Of a stretch of DNA of 64,000 nucleotides, positions 51,542-64,000 are shown piece after piece. Source of the DNA: Eledone cirrhosa. Taxonomy: Eukaryota. Positions within the stretch are counted from its first letter, which is position 1. Each line of letters opens with the position of its first letter. Position numbers and translations under genes: made by a program. Location: positions 21,142,001 to 21,206,000 of the forward strand of contig OZ024743.1 of the NCBI GenBank assembly GCA_964016885.1. Reading direction: 5' to 3'. Under the pieces are notes generated by a model. That model saw only the letters and a list, made by a program, of their open reading frames with translations, was not told the DNA's origin and did no database searches.

Positions 51542-53910
51542 AAAGAATAGAGGTGTAACACACAAGTTATTATATATTGGTGAACGGAATAGAAAATGCT
51601 GACAAATTGTTCACAGTTGAAAAATGGTTTAATTAGGAATAAAAGAGTATTAGTGATTGTATGGGTTAGTATTCAGTTGTGGTTTTAAGTTTTTAAGTTT
51701 TTACCGGTTGCGCATTTCTAAATGCTTTTCAAAAATAATTTTGAGATAGAGTGTCCGTGCTGTTTGCTCTGATCTGTATCATATATATATATATATATAT
51801 CTCTATCATATATATATATATATATATATATATGATAGACTCCTTTCTTCAATTTCGACACATTATGACTCAACCATTATTTAAAGCTTGTCTGTACAAT
51901 GAGACATCACACCAGTTTTATATATACAAACAAACCTATAATCGTCACAAATCATAGCACAATTGTATCTAAACTGATCCATACACCCCCATACCCATAC
52001 ATTTATACATACATACTTACATAAAAATTGAAAAGGCAATTCATATGTCATGTTAAGAACACCAAGCTTTTATATTACTCTATTATGTTTGAGCAATATT
52101 GTATTTTATAGTTAAAAGTGTCATGAAGTATAGAGTAAGCTGCAGGTAAACTGAGGTCGATAACCCAGTTCCCATAGCTTACATTACATCATTTAATGTC
52201 ATTTACACAACAATCTAATTTATATAGAATAACCCTCATTATTTGACACAGTAATACACTGGGTAATTGCTGGTCTTGTGCCAAAAGTAGAAACAATTAT
52301 TTGACACATTAACTAACATTTACTTTTACTGAAAATCTTACAGAATTGTTTGTTATGTAAATTTCTTTTATTGTAATTAATTCCTAAATAAAATAAACAA
52401 ACAAATACAAATACCTATCTCAAAACATTTAATTAATTCATATTCATGTATGTTTTGTATATTGTAAATCATGTTTTTCGTTTTGTTTTGTTTTAGTGAT
52501 TTACAAACCTCACCTTCTGCCCAATGACGAACAATGAAAAAATAACAAAAGCATACGTGGGTTTTGTGTATACTTATGGCATGACTTTCCATGCTAAATA
52601 TCTAATAACCGCATTTTTCAGTTTAGGTGTTTCAAATTTGATAGGTGAAAACCATGTAAAAGCTCATCAAAGCGGCTTTTTCTTTTTGTGCATAGTAGAA
52701 TGAATCTTTGACCTGACACCCACACCTAGACCTTGGGTGCTATCTGTTGTAAGCTTTCATACCAGATCTCATGTCTGATATTAACTTTCTTCAACCCATC
52801 TCTGAAGCCCTTAAAAACTACCCTTCCTCCTCTGTGTAAGGCATATGCACACTCACCAAAAAATATCAATTCGATCTACATTTTTTCAGGTTCTAAATTT
52901 GACATGTTCATGTGTTTTGGATGAGATTTAACTCATGAAGCCTTATTTATTTATTACATTTTACACAGGTGACGAACTAAAATTGAATCCCATTCACAAA
53001 GTAAATATAGATAACACCATTTGTTACATAATGTTTTATACACATAAATGATGAGTTGAATGGTTTGGGAACTTGAGATAAATAATTGATTATTTATCTC
53101 AATGTTATTGTTGTTGTTTGCTCCATATCAACTACAATTGAGCAGATTAAAGACCATCCTGTATTTTCTAAGATGGTATAATGTGATTTGAGGGAGATTT
53201 GGTTACTATATTTAGCAAGTTGCGTGATCACATACAGCCTTTCTTTTGACTTGAGAATAAGAGTATCTCTAGTAGTGGAAACCCAATGACTCATTAGGGG
53301 TTGTAATATTTTGCTGTTTTAAATTTCAAATTTTCTGAGAGATTAGAGAAAATGAGGGCTGTGATGTTTATACTTCTTGAAGCAAACAACCAAATGAAAA
53401 TAAAATGAAACTAGTTACAACTGGGATTAAAAACAACTGATTTCTTTATGTATGTTATGAGTTATATGTGCTCATATACATATGTTTCTATATCCATTCA
53501 TGCATTTGCATGCTAAATTTTCTATATCCATGCTAAATTTCCGGATTATTGCATGCTAAATTTCCGGATTGTTTTACATATTTTTACAGTTTCATTAATG
53601 AACTGTACTTACAACATATAGGTAAATTAATGGTTAATAAATATTGATTAAGTTTAGTAATGTCTGTTAGTACAGAAATTAAACATTGAAAAAAAGACAA
53701 ACCTTGGTTTGTAAGTAAGGTATATTCTCTTAACATAAATAGGTACCTCCATTTTTTTCCATCAGTATGTCATGTGTTTATGATTATTTATACATATATT
53801 TAGTATGCAGGCATATGATTGCTTGTATGTGTATGTATGTGTGTGTATGTACATATTTACATATTTCTAGTGGGTTGTTTATATACTTATATATATATAT
53901 ATATATATAT

Positions 53911-55590
53911 AAAAGTACCACAGACGCTCTTTTCATTGTACGACAACTACAGGAGAAGTACCTAGCTAAAAGTAAACCCCTCTACTTAGCCTTTGTAGAC
54001 CTGGAGAAAGCCTTTGACAGAGTCCCCTGCTCCATTATCTGGTGGGCTCTTAGAAAACTAGTTGTAGATTAATGGCTTGTGAGAGCTATACAAGCCATGT
54101 ATAAAGAAACAGTCAGCAAGGTTAGAATTAACAACAAATATAGTAAAGAGAGTTTAGCGTAAAAGTTGGTGTTCATCAGGGCTCCATCCTTAGCCCCCTC
54201 CTATTTATTATCGCCCTCCAAGCTATAATGGAGGAGTTCAAGACCGGCTGCCCATGAGAACTCCTATACGCAGATGATCTAACGTTCATAGCTGAATCAA
54301 TGGCCGAGCTAGAGAAGAAATTCCAAACATCGAAGCATGGCCTAGAATCAAAAGGCCTTAAAGTTAACTTGTCTAAGACTAAAGTCCTAATATCTAGGAA
54401 GGAGAATAGGGTACTGGTCCCATCTGGGAAATGGCCATGCTCAGTGTGTAGGAAAGGAGGAGGCAGAAACTCCATTTTATGTCCCAAATGCAAAGTATGG
54501 GTGCATAAAAGATGTAGTGGGATCACAGGTAAGCTAACTAAGAATATAGATTTTATATGTGGCCGGTGCTCTGGCAATAAGTAGCAGCAATTGCCCACAG
54601 AATACTAGCTCATTCCATTGCCCAGATGGTTCTATAGAAATAGTGGACACCTTCCGTTACCTGGGTGACAAAATCAGCAGTGGTGGAGGGTGCTCCGAAA
54701 ATACTGTAGCTAGAGTCCGAACGGGATGGAAAAAGTTCAGAGAGCTTATACCACTATTGGCCGCTAAAGGTTTCTCTCTAAAAATAAAAGGCAGGCTGTA
54801 CGATGCCTGCATACGAACAGCGATGTTACATGGCAGTGAGACATGGGCCTTTTGTGCAGACTGATCTAAGCAGACTGGAGAGGAACAAAGCTTGCATGTT
54901 CCGTTGGATGTGTAATAGTAATATATGCGAACAGCAAGGCATAAATGAACTAAGTGAGAAATTAGGTATAAGAGGGATCAGATGCTATTTACTCGAGAGA
55001 TGACTATGTTGGTATGGTCACGTGATGCGCATGAAAGATGACAGCTGTATAAAAAAGTGCAGAGCGATCAAAATAGATGGTAGCTATGGAGTAGGCAGAC
55101 CCAGAAAAACCTGGGATGACTTGATAAAATCTGACCTCACACACTTACACCTCTCCAAGACAATGTCACTGGACCGAGATCTTTGGCGCCACGTAGTAAT
55201 ACAGAAGACCCGCTTTGCCTAAGTACAAAGCAAAACCTACAGTCAGTAGGCACCTCTTAACCAAAATACACCCTGTCCCACTAACCCTATCCCCACCGCC
55301 ATCTACACCACCCCTTTCGATGTAAAGCTATGTTGGTACCACAACATCCAGTCCTAAATAAATGAGGTCGTGTAGGTGTCATGACCAAAAAACACACAGT
55401 CCACGCTGTAATGTGGCCATGTAGGTAACACAGTAAAAACCTCCCAGTCCACACTGTAAACGTGGTTGGTGTTAGGAAGGGCATCTAGTCCTGAGCAAGA
55501 CAACCAATCTTGCCTCAAGTGGGACAATTCCTGTCCAAACCTATGCTAGCATGGAAAATGGACGTTAAACGATGATGATGATGATGATGA
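53911..55590 (+). mobile_element. 5'-truncated RTE LINE, same family as 23076
   Basis: KSTTDALF...FVDLEKAFD, YADD, PHD-like finger and (GAT)n tail; starts in (TA)n. Confidence 0.92.
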
Positions 55591-55988
55591 TATATATAAA
55601 TAATGTGTATGTTTGTGAGTGCCTGTGTGTGTGCATCTATCTATATATGTATGTCCAACCAATATTAGCATGAGAAGCAAATGTAAAATAATGATGATGA
55701 TGATATGTGCACATTAATTTGAAATATATATTTTATAGTTATTCAACTAACAATACAACAAACTATGTAGAGAATGTATGACAGATGAAGGTAAAAAAAC
55801 AATTTGTCTGGCAGGCGATGTCAACCATTGCACTAAAGAATTCTAAGTTCTTTTGCATAAAAGTTTCTTTTTTAAATAAACATATGAAATAAAAGATTAA
55901 AAGTTAATAACACAATATGATTTCACAGAAAGTATGGTTAGTTTTCACTGAGTTGATAAAAAATAGTTGAAATTATTATTATACTCAC

Positions 55989-56107
55989 ATCCTTATGAAT
56001 CACTCCAAATCTCAATGGTTTTAATATTTTTTCCGGCAGACAAGGGAAAAGGACATCAAATATTGGAACAATAAGTCTTGGATCAATTTCCTTTGGATTT
56101 GTAGCAC
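55989..56107 (-). CDS. SLC5 (SMCT/SMVT-like) exon: (G)ATNPKEIDPRLIVPIFDVLFPCLPEKILKPLRFGVIHKD
   Basis: cttag acceptor and gtgagt donor; phase 1 to 0 fits neighbours; resembles the segment after the last TM helix in SLC5A6/8/12-like proteins. Confidence 0.85.
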
Positions 56108-57694
56108 CTAAGATTATAGGATTTGGTGATATATTTAGTATAGCTTTTATTCATACCATTCATGTCATTGACCAAAGCTGTTGGGAGTTATGCGAAATAA
56201 ATACTAACCATCAATATTTTTTAGAAAATGATTATATTTCCTTTGAGTAGCCCATCTTAATATCTAATTGAAATAATGTCAGTGAGCTAAAGAGAGATAC
56301 TACATAATCACTCAACAGACTAGAAATAGTAGTGAAATCTCAAAATTACTCTTTAATGTTTTAAATATAGAAAAGAGATCAAATAGTGCAGTCCTGTTAA
56401 CCCCTATAAGAAGAACTTATCATATCTGCAATGTTTTTGATCATAGGTCTACTTAATCAGACCTTAATTACCCTGAGGCTAAAGAAAATTTGGTAATTAT
56501 TTAGTCAAGGAATGAATCATAAGATGAACAAATTATCTCTCCCTGTTGTACATATTGAATATGTTTCTAATAATAGAAATTCCATTAAAAGCATCATGTA
56601 TTACATATTTTTTGTATTGGAGAAGAATTTCATTCTTTGGAAAAACAAATTTGTTGTAGTTCTTTTTTAATTTTATTGTCAATAAGATTTTCCTTCCATC
56701 TCAGAAATCAATTTAGATGTACAATGAATAAAATAATCGATTAAAAAATATTGTGAGTTCAAGAACAGTGTGAGCTTTTTAAGCCGGTTACAGTGGAGAG
56801 TTGCATTTGTGACTGATATGATACTTGGTCAAGCCTTCTTATTACTTACTGTTAATACATGTAATTTTACCCATGAGTGCTACTTGTAACACGTAACCCA
56901 GTACAACCTGTTATATGGTCAGGTTGTGAGGAGGGTGACAATTTTGATACCCTGCAGGATAAAAGACAAAACCTGACAAAGGGTGGAGCAACACATGAGA
57001 GTCAACAGCTATCCAATAGTGTGTACATAGGTGTATATTGTGTATGTAAATATGTATTTATTAATTTAATAGTGTACAGAGCTGTAGTAGATTTCACTGG
57101 TTGGAATGATGATGCACAATATATGCTCATTCAAGCTGAACACCTAGCATCACTCAGTTGAAAGATTGACTTACATCGGTAAGAGCCACATCCTACATGA
57201 GGTGCCTCCAATATGGCTATCAGGGGATAGTCTAGCAGAATAGATTTGATCTAGAGGAGTAAGCCTCTATAAAAATTTTACTTGTCTCATCGTAAGAAGC
57301 AGCCTATGCGATGATCATCAGTTTAATTGATGACCTCAGTGTCATGAACACCAGTGTCTTCACAGATTATTGACTATTAATTCTGCAATGGGTTGGCACA
57401 AATGATCGAGTTAGTGGAAAATTCTATGAGTATGCAGGTATGGCAAGCCACATATATTCTAGCTGTTAGAAAAAGCAAAATACTTGACCTTTGATAGAGA
57501 GATAACCCCAGAAGAAGAAGAAGAAATTACAGCCTTGTAAGAGAGATATTTCACTCAGCTGGCTCTTCTGATGTTACAGGTTGATGTCTTATTTCAACAA
57601 CCTTATGGCCCTTTAATGGTTACACATCTTTTAAATTTCATGTTGAAAAATACCATTTTACTATCAAGAAATGTAAAAAGTTTACTGTAACTAC

Positions 57695-57795
57695 CTGTAA
57701 TAAAACTGATGATAAGACCAATGCCAACTGATATAAGAACAGCTTCAGCACTAAACCAAAGGTAAGACAATCTGTACAAATCTATAAGTGGACTC
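57695..57795 (-). CDS. SLC5 exon encoding the last TM helix: SPLIDLYRLSYLWFSAEAVLISVGIGLIISFITG
   Basis: ttattttgcag acceptor and gtagtt donor; LY.LSY.W.S...GL..S..TG is the SLC5A5/6/8/12 signature. Confidence 0.88.
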
Positions 57796-58399
57796 CTGCA
57801 AAATAAGAAGAAATATAGTTATATTTTGAAATATTGATACATAAATATTTTAATTTTACTATCATATACAAATACACAAATACCTGCCTCAAATGTTTGA
57901 AACAAGGTGAACACAGTAAAGGTACACAAGAGTTGGGTGGAGGTGTTAAATCACGCAATGGTTTATGTCTGTATCCAAGAAGAGAAATGGTCATTTTGAA
58001 TAGCTTTCAGGCAGTCGTTATCCCCAAATTTCACTCATATGGATTCAGTCAACCTGAAACTATGGTAGAGACACTTGTCCAGGGTTCCATTCTGTGGGAT
58101 TAAACCTGAATCCATGTAGTTGTGAAGCAAACTTCTTAATTACTCAGCTATGTTTGCATCAATGCTATTAAGCATTGTATAGTACTAGAAAGTTGCTACT
58201 GATATTATGGATGGCTTAATCACCAAAGTGTGATGCTATTGTAATTCTGCTAACATGACAATACTTCTGTGAAGAATTTCAATTAAATTATATGACGTTT
58301 GCAATAAAGATAATAAATAAAATGAAAGCAAAGGAAAGGAGGAGGGACTGGTAGATTCTACACACCAATCAGTGCCATATATCTTAGCTGAACCCTGCA

Positions 58400-58585
58400 T
58401 ACAAAATGGTGAAAGCATTGCCATGGAGAACAGATAGTGACACCTACTGTATCAGCCACTCCACAGAGTTCCTTCCTCAGTTGGGATACTCTTCTCCCAA
58501 TTTTGTGGAGTAAAATGGCAGTTGGGAGAACAAGGACACCAGCGGTCTTGACAGCAACTGGTACAAAAAAAAATTGGTCAGTCAA
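58400..58585 (-). pseudogene. CRE-like RLE C-terminal remnant
   Basis: FFFVPVAVKTAGVL...HKIGRR resembles F.P.AVET.G...L..IG.R. Confidence 0.45.
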
Positions 58586-59029
58586 CTCCTAGTATTTAGA
58601 GATTTGTGAATAATAGCACTGTAGCAGTTAACCAAGATATCTTGTTTAATGTTTCAATTCTAACAAGTAGAAAATCAAACTCATATATTGAACCAAACCT
58701 CTTGTCACCATTATACACTTGGCCATTTTACACGAGCTATTGAAGAAGCATCTACATGATCACTTGACTGGCTTAAAAAAAGCTGCCAAATCTCCCTCAA
58801 ATTGCATAGTTCTACATACATATAAAAACATCTATCACAACAACATCAATGAGGCCATTTTCTAGTAATTTAGCATGTTTGCTTGTATATTTGTGTGATT
58901 TTATAAACCTAATGTAAGCGTACACAGGTGTCTGTTGTATTTTTTAATGAGTATCATACTAAATCAATTTTATAGGGTGAACTGGGCATGCTTTGTCATG
59001 TCACTTGTTGACTGGGTGTTTTTTCTCAT

Positions 59030-60250
59030 GTCACTAGCATGACAACCTTACAGGATGGACTGGGTGCTTTTGTTGTTGTGGCACTGGATCAGCATATAGG
59101 GTGAACTTTATATTTTTTTTGTCATGGTAATGGCATTGTGGGAGATCAGATGTTAAGCATGTTAAGCATGAGTTAAGGCAAAGATGATGTATCAGGGCTG
59201 AGGGAGAAGCATGGTGAGCAAGTCTGACATCAATTAGGTGAAATGGTATATTTAGCAGGTGAGAGTAGGGTATTAAAGCAAGGAAGAGTGGATGGGTGTG
59301 GAGAGGGGATTGCTGTAGACTAGTGTGCCCTCTACATGTTTGCTTCATTTCATTTTGTACACATGTGAGGGCAGGTCTTCTGCAGTACAGCATGACACCA
59401 GAGATTGTGATCCTGTGTCATCTCCTTTGTGAGGTTTAATTTTTCAAGGTTAGCTTTTAACATTTCATCATAAGCTTCCCTAGTTCTTCCTGTTCCATAG
59501 TTAACATCGACTTTGAGTGCCCTGAACCTTTTTATACAGGTGTCATCCTCCATACACATCCCGTCCAAACCACCTTAATCTCCTCTCCTGTACACTGAAT
59601 CTGAAAACGTTTTGTAGCTAGCAGTGGTAGTAACTCCCTGAACTTTTTCCATCCTATTCTCACTTTGGTTAATATACTTTCAGAGTACATACCTCCACTG
59701 CTAATTTGTCCCCTAGGTAATAGAAACTATTGACTACTTCTATAAAGGATTATGGGCATTTAAAGGGGCTTGTTTCCTGTGAGCTCTTGCTACATACTTC
59801 TGTGCATCAACTGCATACAAAGCCTACATTCTTTACTAGCCTACCTGAGATCCCATTACATCTCTTGTATACCCATAGTTTGCATTTGGAACATAGGATG
59901 GAATTTCTACCTACTCATTCCCTCACACTGATCAAGGCCATTTTCCTGAAAGGAGCAGAGCCTTGATTTCCTTTCTACTTAATAGAACCTTAGTCTTTGC
60001 CAAGTTGACTTTAAGACCTTTTAATTCTAGGCCATGCTTCCAGGTTTGGAATTTCTCATCTAATTCTGCCATAGATTCAGCTACATAAGTTAAACTATCT
60101 GAATACAGGCATTCCCTTGGGAAGCCAGGTTTAAACACCTCTGTTATATACTGCAGCATGATAATAAACAGCAGAGGGCTAAGAAGGAGGCCCTGATGGA
60201 CTCCTACTTGCATGCTAAATTCTTCGCTATAGTCATTGTTAATCCTAACT
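59030..60250 (-). mobile_element. Diverged RTE LINE fragment
   Basis: VGVHQGLLLSPLLF...GLKVNLAKTK...GKWP, with internal deletions. Confidence 0.8.
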
Positions 60251-61864
60251 GCACCTCTATATATGGTTTGGTTGTCAGGTTTTTAAAAATTTGTGTTACA
60301 TATAGGTCAGAGTTGTTCAGGTGTCAGATAGAATATTTGGAAAAATTCATTCCAGTACTCTGCAACCTGAGTTCAAATCCTGCAGAAACCAACTTTGCCT
60401 TTGATAAATGAAATATCAATCAAGTACTAGACTCAATTTTTCATCTCTCCCACTCTCATAATCAGCTATATGATAGGGCCAATAATTGACTATGTGATTG
60501 GGCCAAGAAAGAAATGTTTACCTCACATTCCTAACAACCCTGATTGTGGTCACAAATAGAAAGAAAGTTTAACTATATTTGTTCTCTTTCTAAATGTTGT
60601 CAAGGTGAATACATTATCATTTGACTTCTACAAGTAGCAGTAAATTTTACTAAAATCAAGACATTCTATCATAGAAAAGGAATAGCATATTGTATATTGT
60701 AATGTATTCCTGGGTACACTGTGGGATGGTTACAGGTAGAAGGCTTTTCAATATAAATTTTCTCAATGAGAGCTGATCTGAGAATAAACAGCAGTATTTG
60801 GAACCAACAAGAGAACATCTATCATGTTGCTCTGCCTTCTAGAAATAGCAGCTAAATCCCCTCAAATCAGATCCTACTGTCTTAAAAATGGAAAGAAACA
60901 ACGTAAAATGTAATCTATACAAAAAAATGCTGGACATGTTTGAAAAGCCATTGGTCATGTTTGCTTGTTCAGAACTAAACTGGGGCTAAACGATAAAAAT
61001 AACTGCACACCTTCCTTCAAAATACCTATTATGTTATGTAAAAATATGTTGAAACTGCTTAAGTAAACAATCATTTACAAATTGCAGAAGTAAAACAAAA
61101 AATAGAAAGATCACATGGCAATAAAAAAAGTATTATAAAATATTATGACAGAGTTTCTTATTACAGACTTTTATGAATATACATGCTATAAAAGAATGTG
61201 AGAAAATCTGTCTCATCAAATACTTTGATCATAGGCCTGCTTGATTAAGGCTGACTCAGGTTAAATACTACCATTAATGATACCACAATGTATATATGTA
61301 TGTGTGTGTATATATGTATGTATGTTTGTATGTATGTATGTGTGTGTATGTATGTGTGTATGTATGTATGTGTCTATGTATGTGTATGTATGTGTGTGTA
61401 TGTATGTAGATGTATGTATGTATATATGTGTGTGTGTGTGCATATGCATGTATGTATGCATATATGTATGTATATATGTATGTATATACACATCTAACCG
61501 CGCGGTTAAACCACTGTGAGCAAGGACCCCTAGCCTTTGTCAGGGCATTCTTCTAGGAGAAAGCAACTCAGGAAACTGGGATAACTCAAACATAAAACCT
61601 GCGGCTATTACCGATGATGTTGATCTTTTCTTCTTTTCGGGTTATAGCTACGGTCGCTCAGAGAGTGGGATTGGCTCAGTGCACAGTCTTTCGTCACTTT
61701 AAAAAATATCTTCACGCACAGGCATTGCACGATAGAATTAATTAATAATTATTAATAATAGTATATCGTGCAATGGCCATACTCGATAACGAGGGGGCAG
61801 CCATCATGTATAAATGTATGGATGTATATATGTATGTATGTATGTATGGATGGATGGATGGATG

Positions 61865-61895
<31 letters not shown>

Positions 61896-62009
61896 ATATG
61901 TATATATATATATGTATATATGTATGTAGGAGAGATGAAAAATTGAGTCTAGTGCTTGATTGGTATTTCATTTATCAACCCTAAAAGGATGAAAGGCAAA
62001 GTTGGTTTC

Positions 62010-62860
62010 TGCATTGGGGCTTACAGTCAGCTTTAAAAAACCAAAGTAATGTTTACCCTGTTCCTGGAGAACCATATACTGAACCCCATATCATGGTTGA
62101 TGGAATTAGGTTGGGAGTAGTAGATAAATTTGTCTACTTGGGTAGCCCACTCTCAAATGATGGCTCTTTTGATACTGAAATACATCTGCGCATCCAGAAG
62201 GCTTTCGGAAAATTGTAAAAGAGAGTTTGGGCAAATCACAACATTACCAACAATACCAATGTGTGTGTGTAGATCATGTGGTCTGTCTGCTCTTTAATAC
62301 TCCACCGAAACCTGGACGCTATTCCGCAAACACACCAAATTGCTTTTGAGTTTTCAGCAGAAATGTTTAAGGCACATATTCAACATCAAGCAGCAAGGCA
62401 GAACTCCTGACATCCATGTCCTTATCAAAGCAAAATGTCCAAACATTGAGTCCCAAGTAACATCTTCTCAAATGCACTGGGCAGGACATATCATCTGCAT
62501 GAAAGAAAGCAGGATCCTGAAGCAAATGTTTTACAGTGAGTTTCATCTTGGAAAAAGGCCTCAACACAAACCGAAAATTAGGTTCAAGGACAGCATCAAG
62601 AACAATCTCAAAGAGCTGGCATTTGATATAGGCAACTGGGAGGAGATAGCTCTAAATAGAGCTGAGTGGAGAAAGCACATAAAGGACAGTTGCAAAACTT
62701 TTGAGGAATGTTGTCTAGAACATAAACAACTGAAGCAGCAGCTCCAGAATGGCTGTGATCACAGTCTTGATGAAGTCATCTGTAGTTAGACAGGTAATTT
62801 CTGTCGGCATGTACTCCTCTCAAAGGCCAGTTATGTTAATCACCTGAAGTCACACGAAAA
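62010..62860 (+). mobile_element. RTE (BovB-like) LINE 3' fragment
   Basis: VVDKFVYLGS...IHLRIQKA...ETWTL...FQQKCLRHI...HWAGHIICM...RFKDSIK. Confidence 0.8.
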
Positions 62861-62899
62861 GATAACCTCCTGCAATGATTTATTTAATTGTTATAAATT

Positions 62900-64000
62900 G
62901 GCCAAAAAAAAAAAATCCCTCCATTGGGTATATGAACAGAATGAAGCTATACTGAGACGAAATTCACCCAGAGCTAAATAACCCCACAACCAAACAATTA
63001 CGCCAACAAGCATCGCTTCTTGAATGTAAAAGTAAAATAAACATTATTAATTGTAAGTCCCGCAGAACAAACATGCAATCAACACCATGTTGCTATGCTA
63101 CTAGACTTTCTAGCAGCCAGGATAAACAGTCCCTTGAAACAAATATGCCGGGAGGAAATTTATCCACATGTACCATCTGAGTCTGCCTCAACTGTTGTGG
63201 AAAACACTATTGATAATAATAATCAAAAGTATAAACAATTGAAATTTTCTTTCAACGAAATCTTCCAGAGAGAAATTAATTCATGTACAAATATTTCTCT
63301 TGCTGAACGTAATAAAAAAGCAATACTAAATAAAATAAAACCAAATAATGAAATCTCACATGCTATTGACGAATTAGGGGATGAATATTTATGATGAATT
63401 AACCACCCCATATTTAGCAAATCAATGCCTGTTTATATGCCCTAGCAACAACAGTGAAGCATTATCTTGGTAATAACAGAGATATTAACAAAAACAAAAC
63501 ACCATCATATATAACTAGAATAGAAAAAAAGATTGCTGACCATATGTGACAATGCTCCTTATTTGCAAACAAACAAAGACAAAAAACTTCATTTTTCATC
63601 AACAAAGAGTGAAAAATAAAATAAAAACGATGTTTGGTGCTAGTACAACTGGACCTCTTCCATATAAGCTGATCCTGCTCAAACAAGAATTTAGAACTGT
63701 AAGTGAGGAAGAGGGTAGATAAAAGAATAGTACTTAATAAAAGATTCAGATGAAACCAAACATCAGTCTATAGAGATATGAAGGGCAAAGTAATAAATGC
63801 CACTGAGGCCCTATCCCAGAAAGACACAGATTCCTTCTGGACAAAAATAAGGGGTGAAAAGAAGAATTTCAACCAACATGCAGTATGGCTAAAAGAAATC
63901 CAAAAGAACTATTGCTCCTACACTACAACAAAAACATACAAAATAAATGAGGATACCCTTGAGACTGTGATAGGAAAACTCCAAGATAAGAAAACACCAG
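62900..64000 (+). mobile_element. Degraded R4/Dong-like ORF, region N-terminal to RT, running off the window
   Basis: End translates SVYRDMKG...SFWTKI..FNQHAVWL...VIGKLQDKKTP, typical of the pre-RT region of R4/Dong. Confidence 0.6.

Noticed and set aside
51690-51745. Hammerhead-like GAAA-tgcgca on the minus strand
   Set aside because: No UH site or convincing stem I; the core is too degenerate.
52516-52595. Possible extra 80-nt SLC5 exon (phase 0 to 2) that would fit the alternative acceptor at 44613
   Set aside because: The acceptor is weak and the peptide has no recognisable similarity; unsupported without RNA data.

Overview
AT-rich, repeat-dense animal genomic DNA. The tRNA-derived SINE families, RTE LINEs and (TA)n/(CAT)n microsatellites suggest a cephalopod (octopus-like) genome; this is inference. 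The one supportable host gene is the 3' end of a minus-strand SLC5 sodium:solute symporter (SMCT/SMVT/NIS-like). Three in-frame exons are visible (57795-57695, 56107-55989, 44618-44373), ending in a PDZ-type ...ESSV*. The rest is mostly mobile DNA: RTE, R4/Dong, CRE and Tx1 remnants, a Naiad-like Penelope element, a Helitron PIF1 remnant, hAT/Mutator MITEs and many SINEs, plus a near-identical 3.8/4.9 kb tandem duplication. The main finding is a set of sequence-unrelated, mostly non-coding elements in or beside (TA)n/(CA)n tracts. Each carries a type I hammerhead ribozyme fold, often with a palindromic stem III, an enlarged stem II or a variant core. Several show Penelope-like partial-tandem plus inverted-end architecture. 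This looks like a diverse retrozyme-like system that could be mobilised by Naiad-type elements like the neighbouring copy. All folds were identified by eye, and activity is untested.
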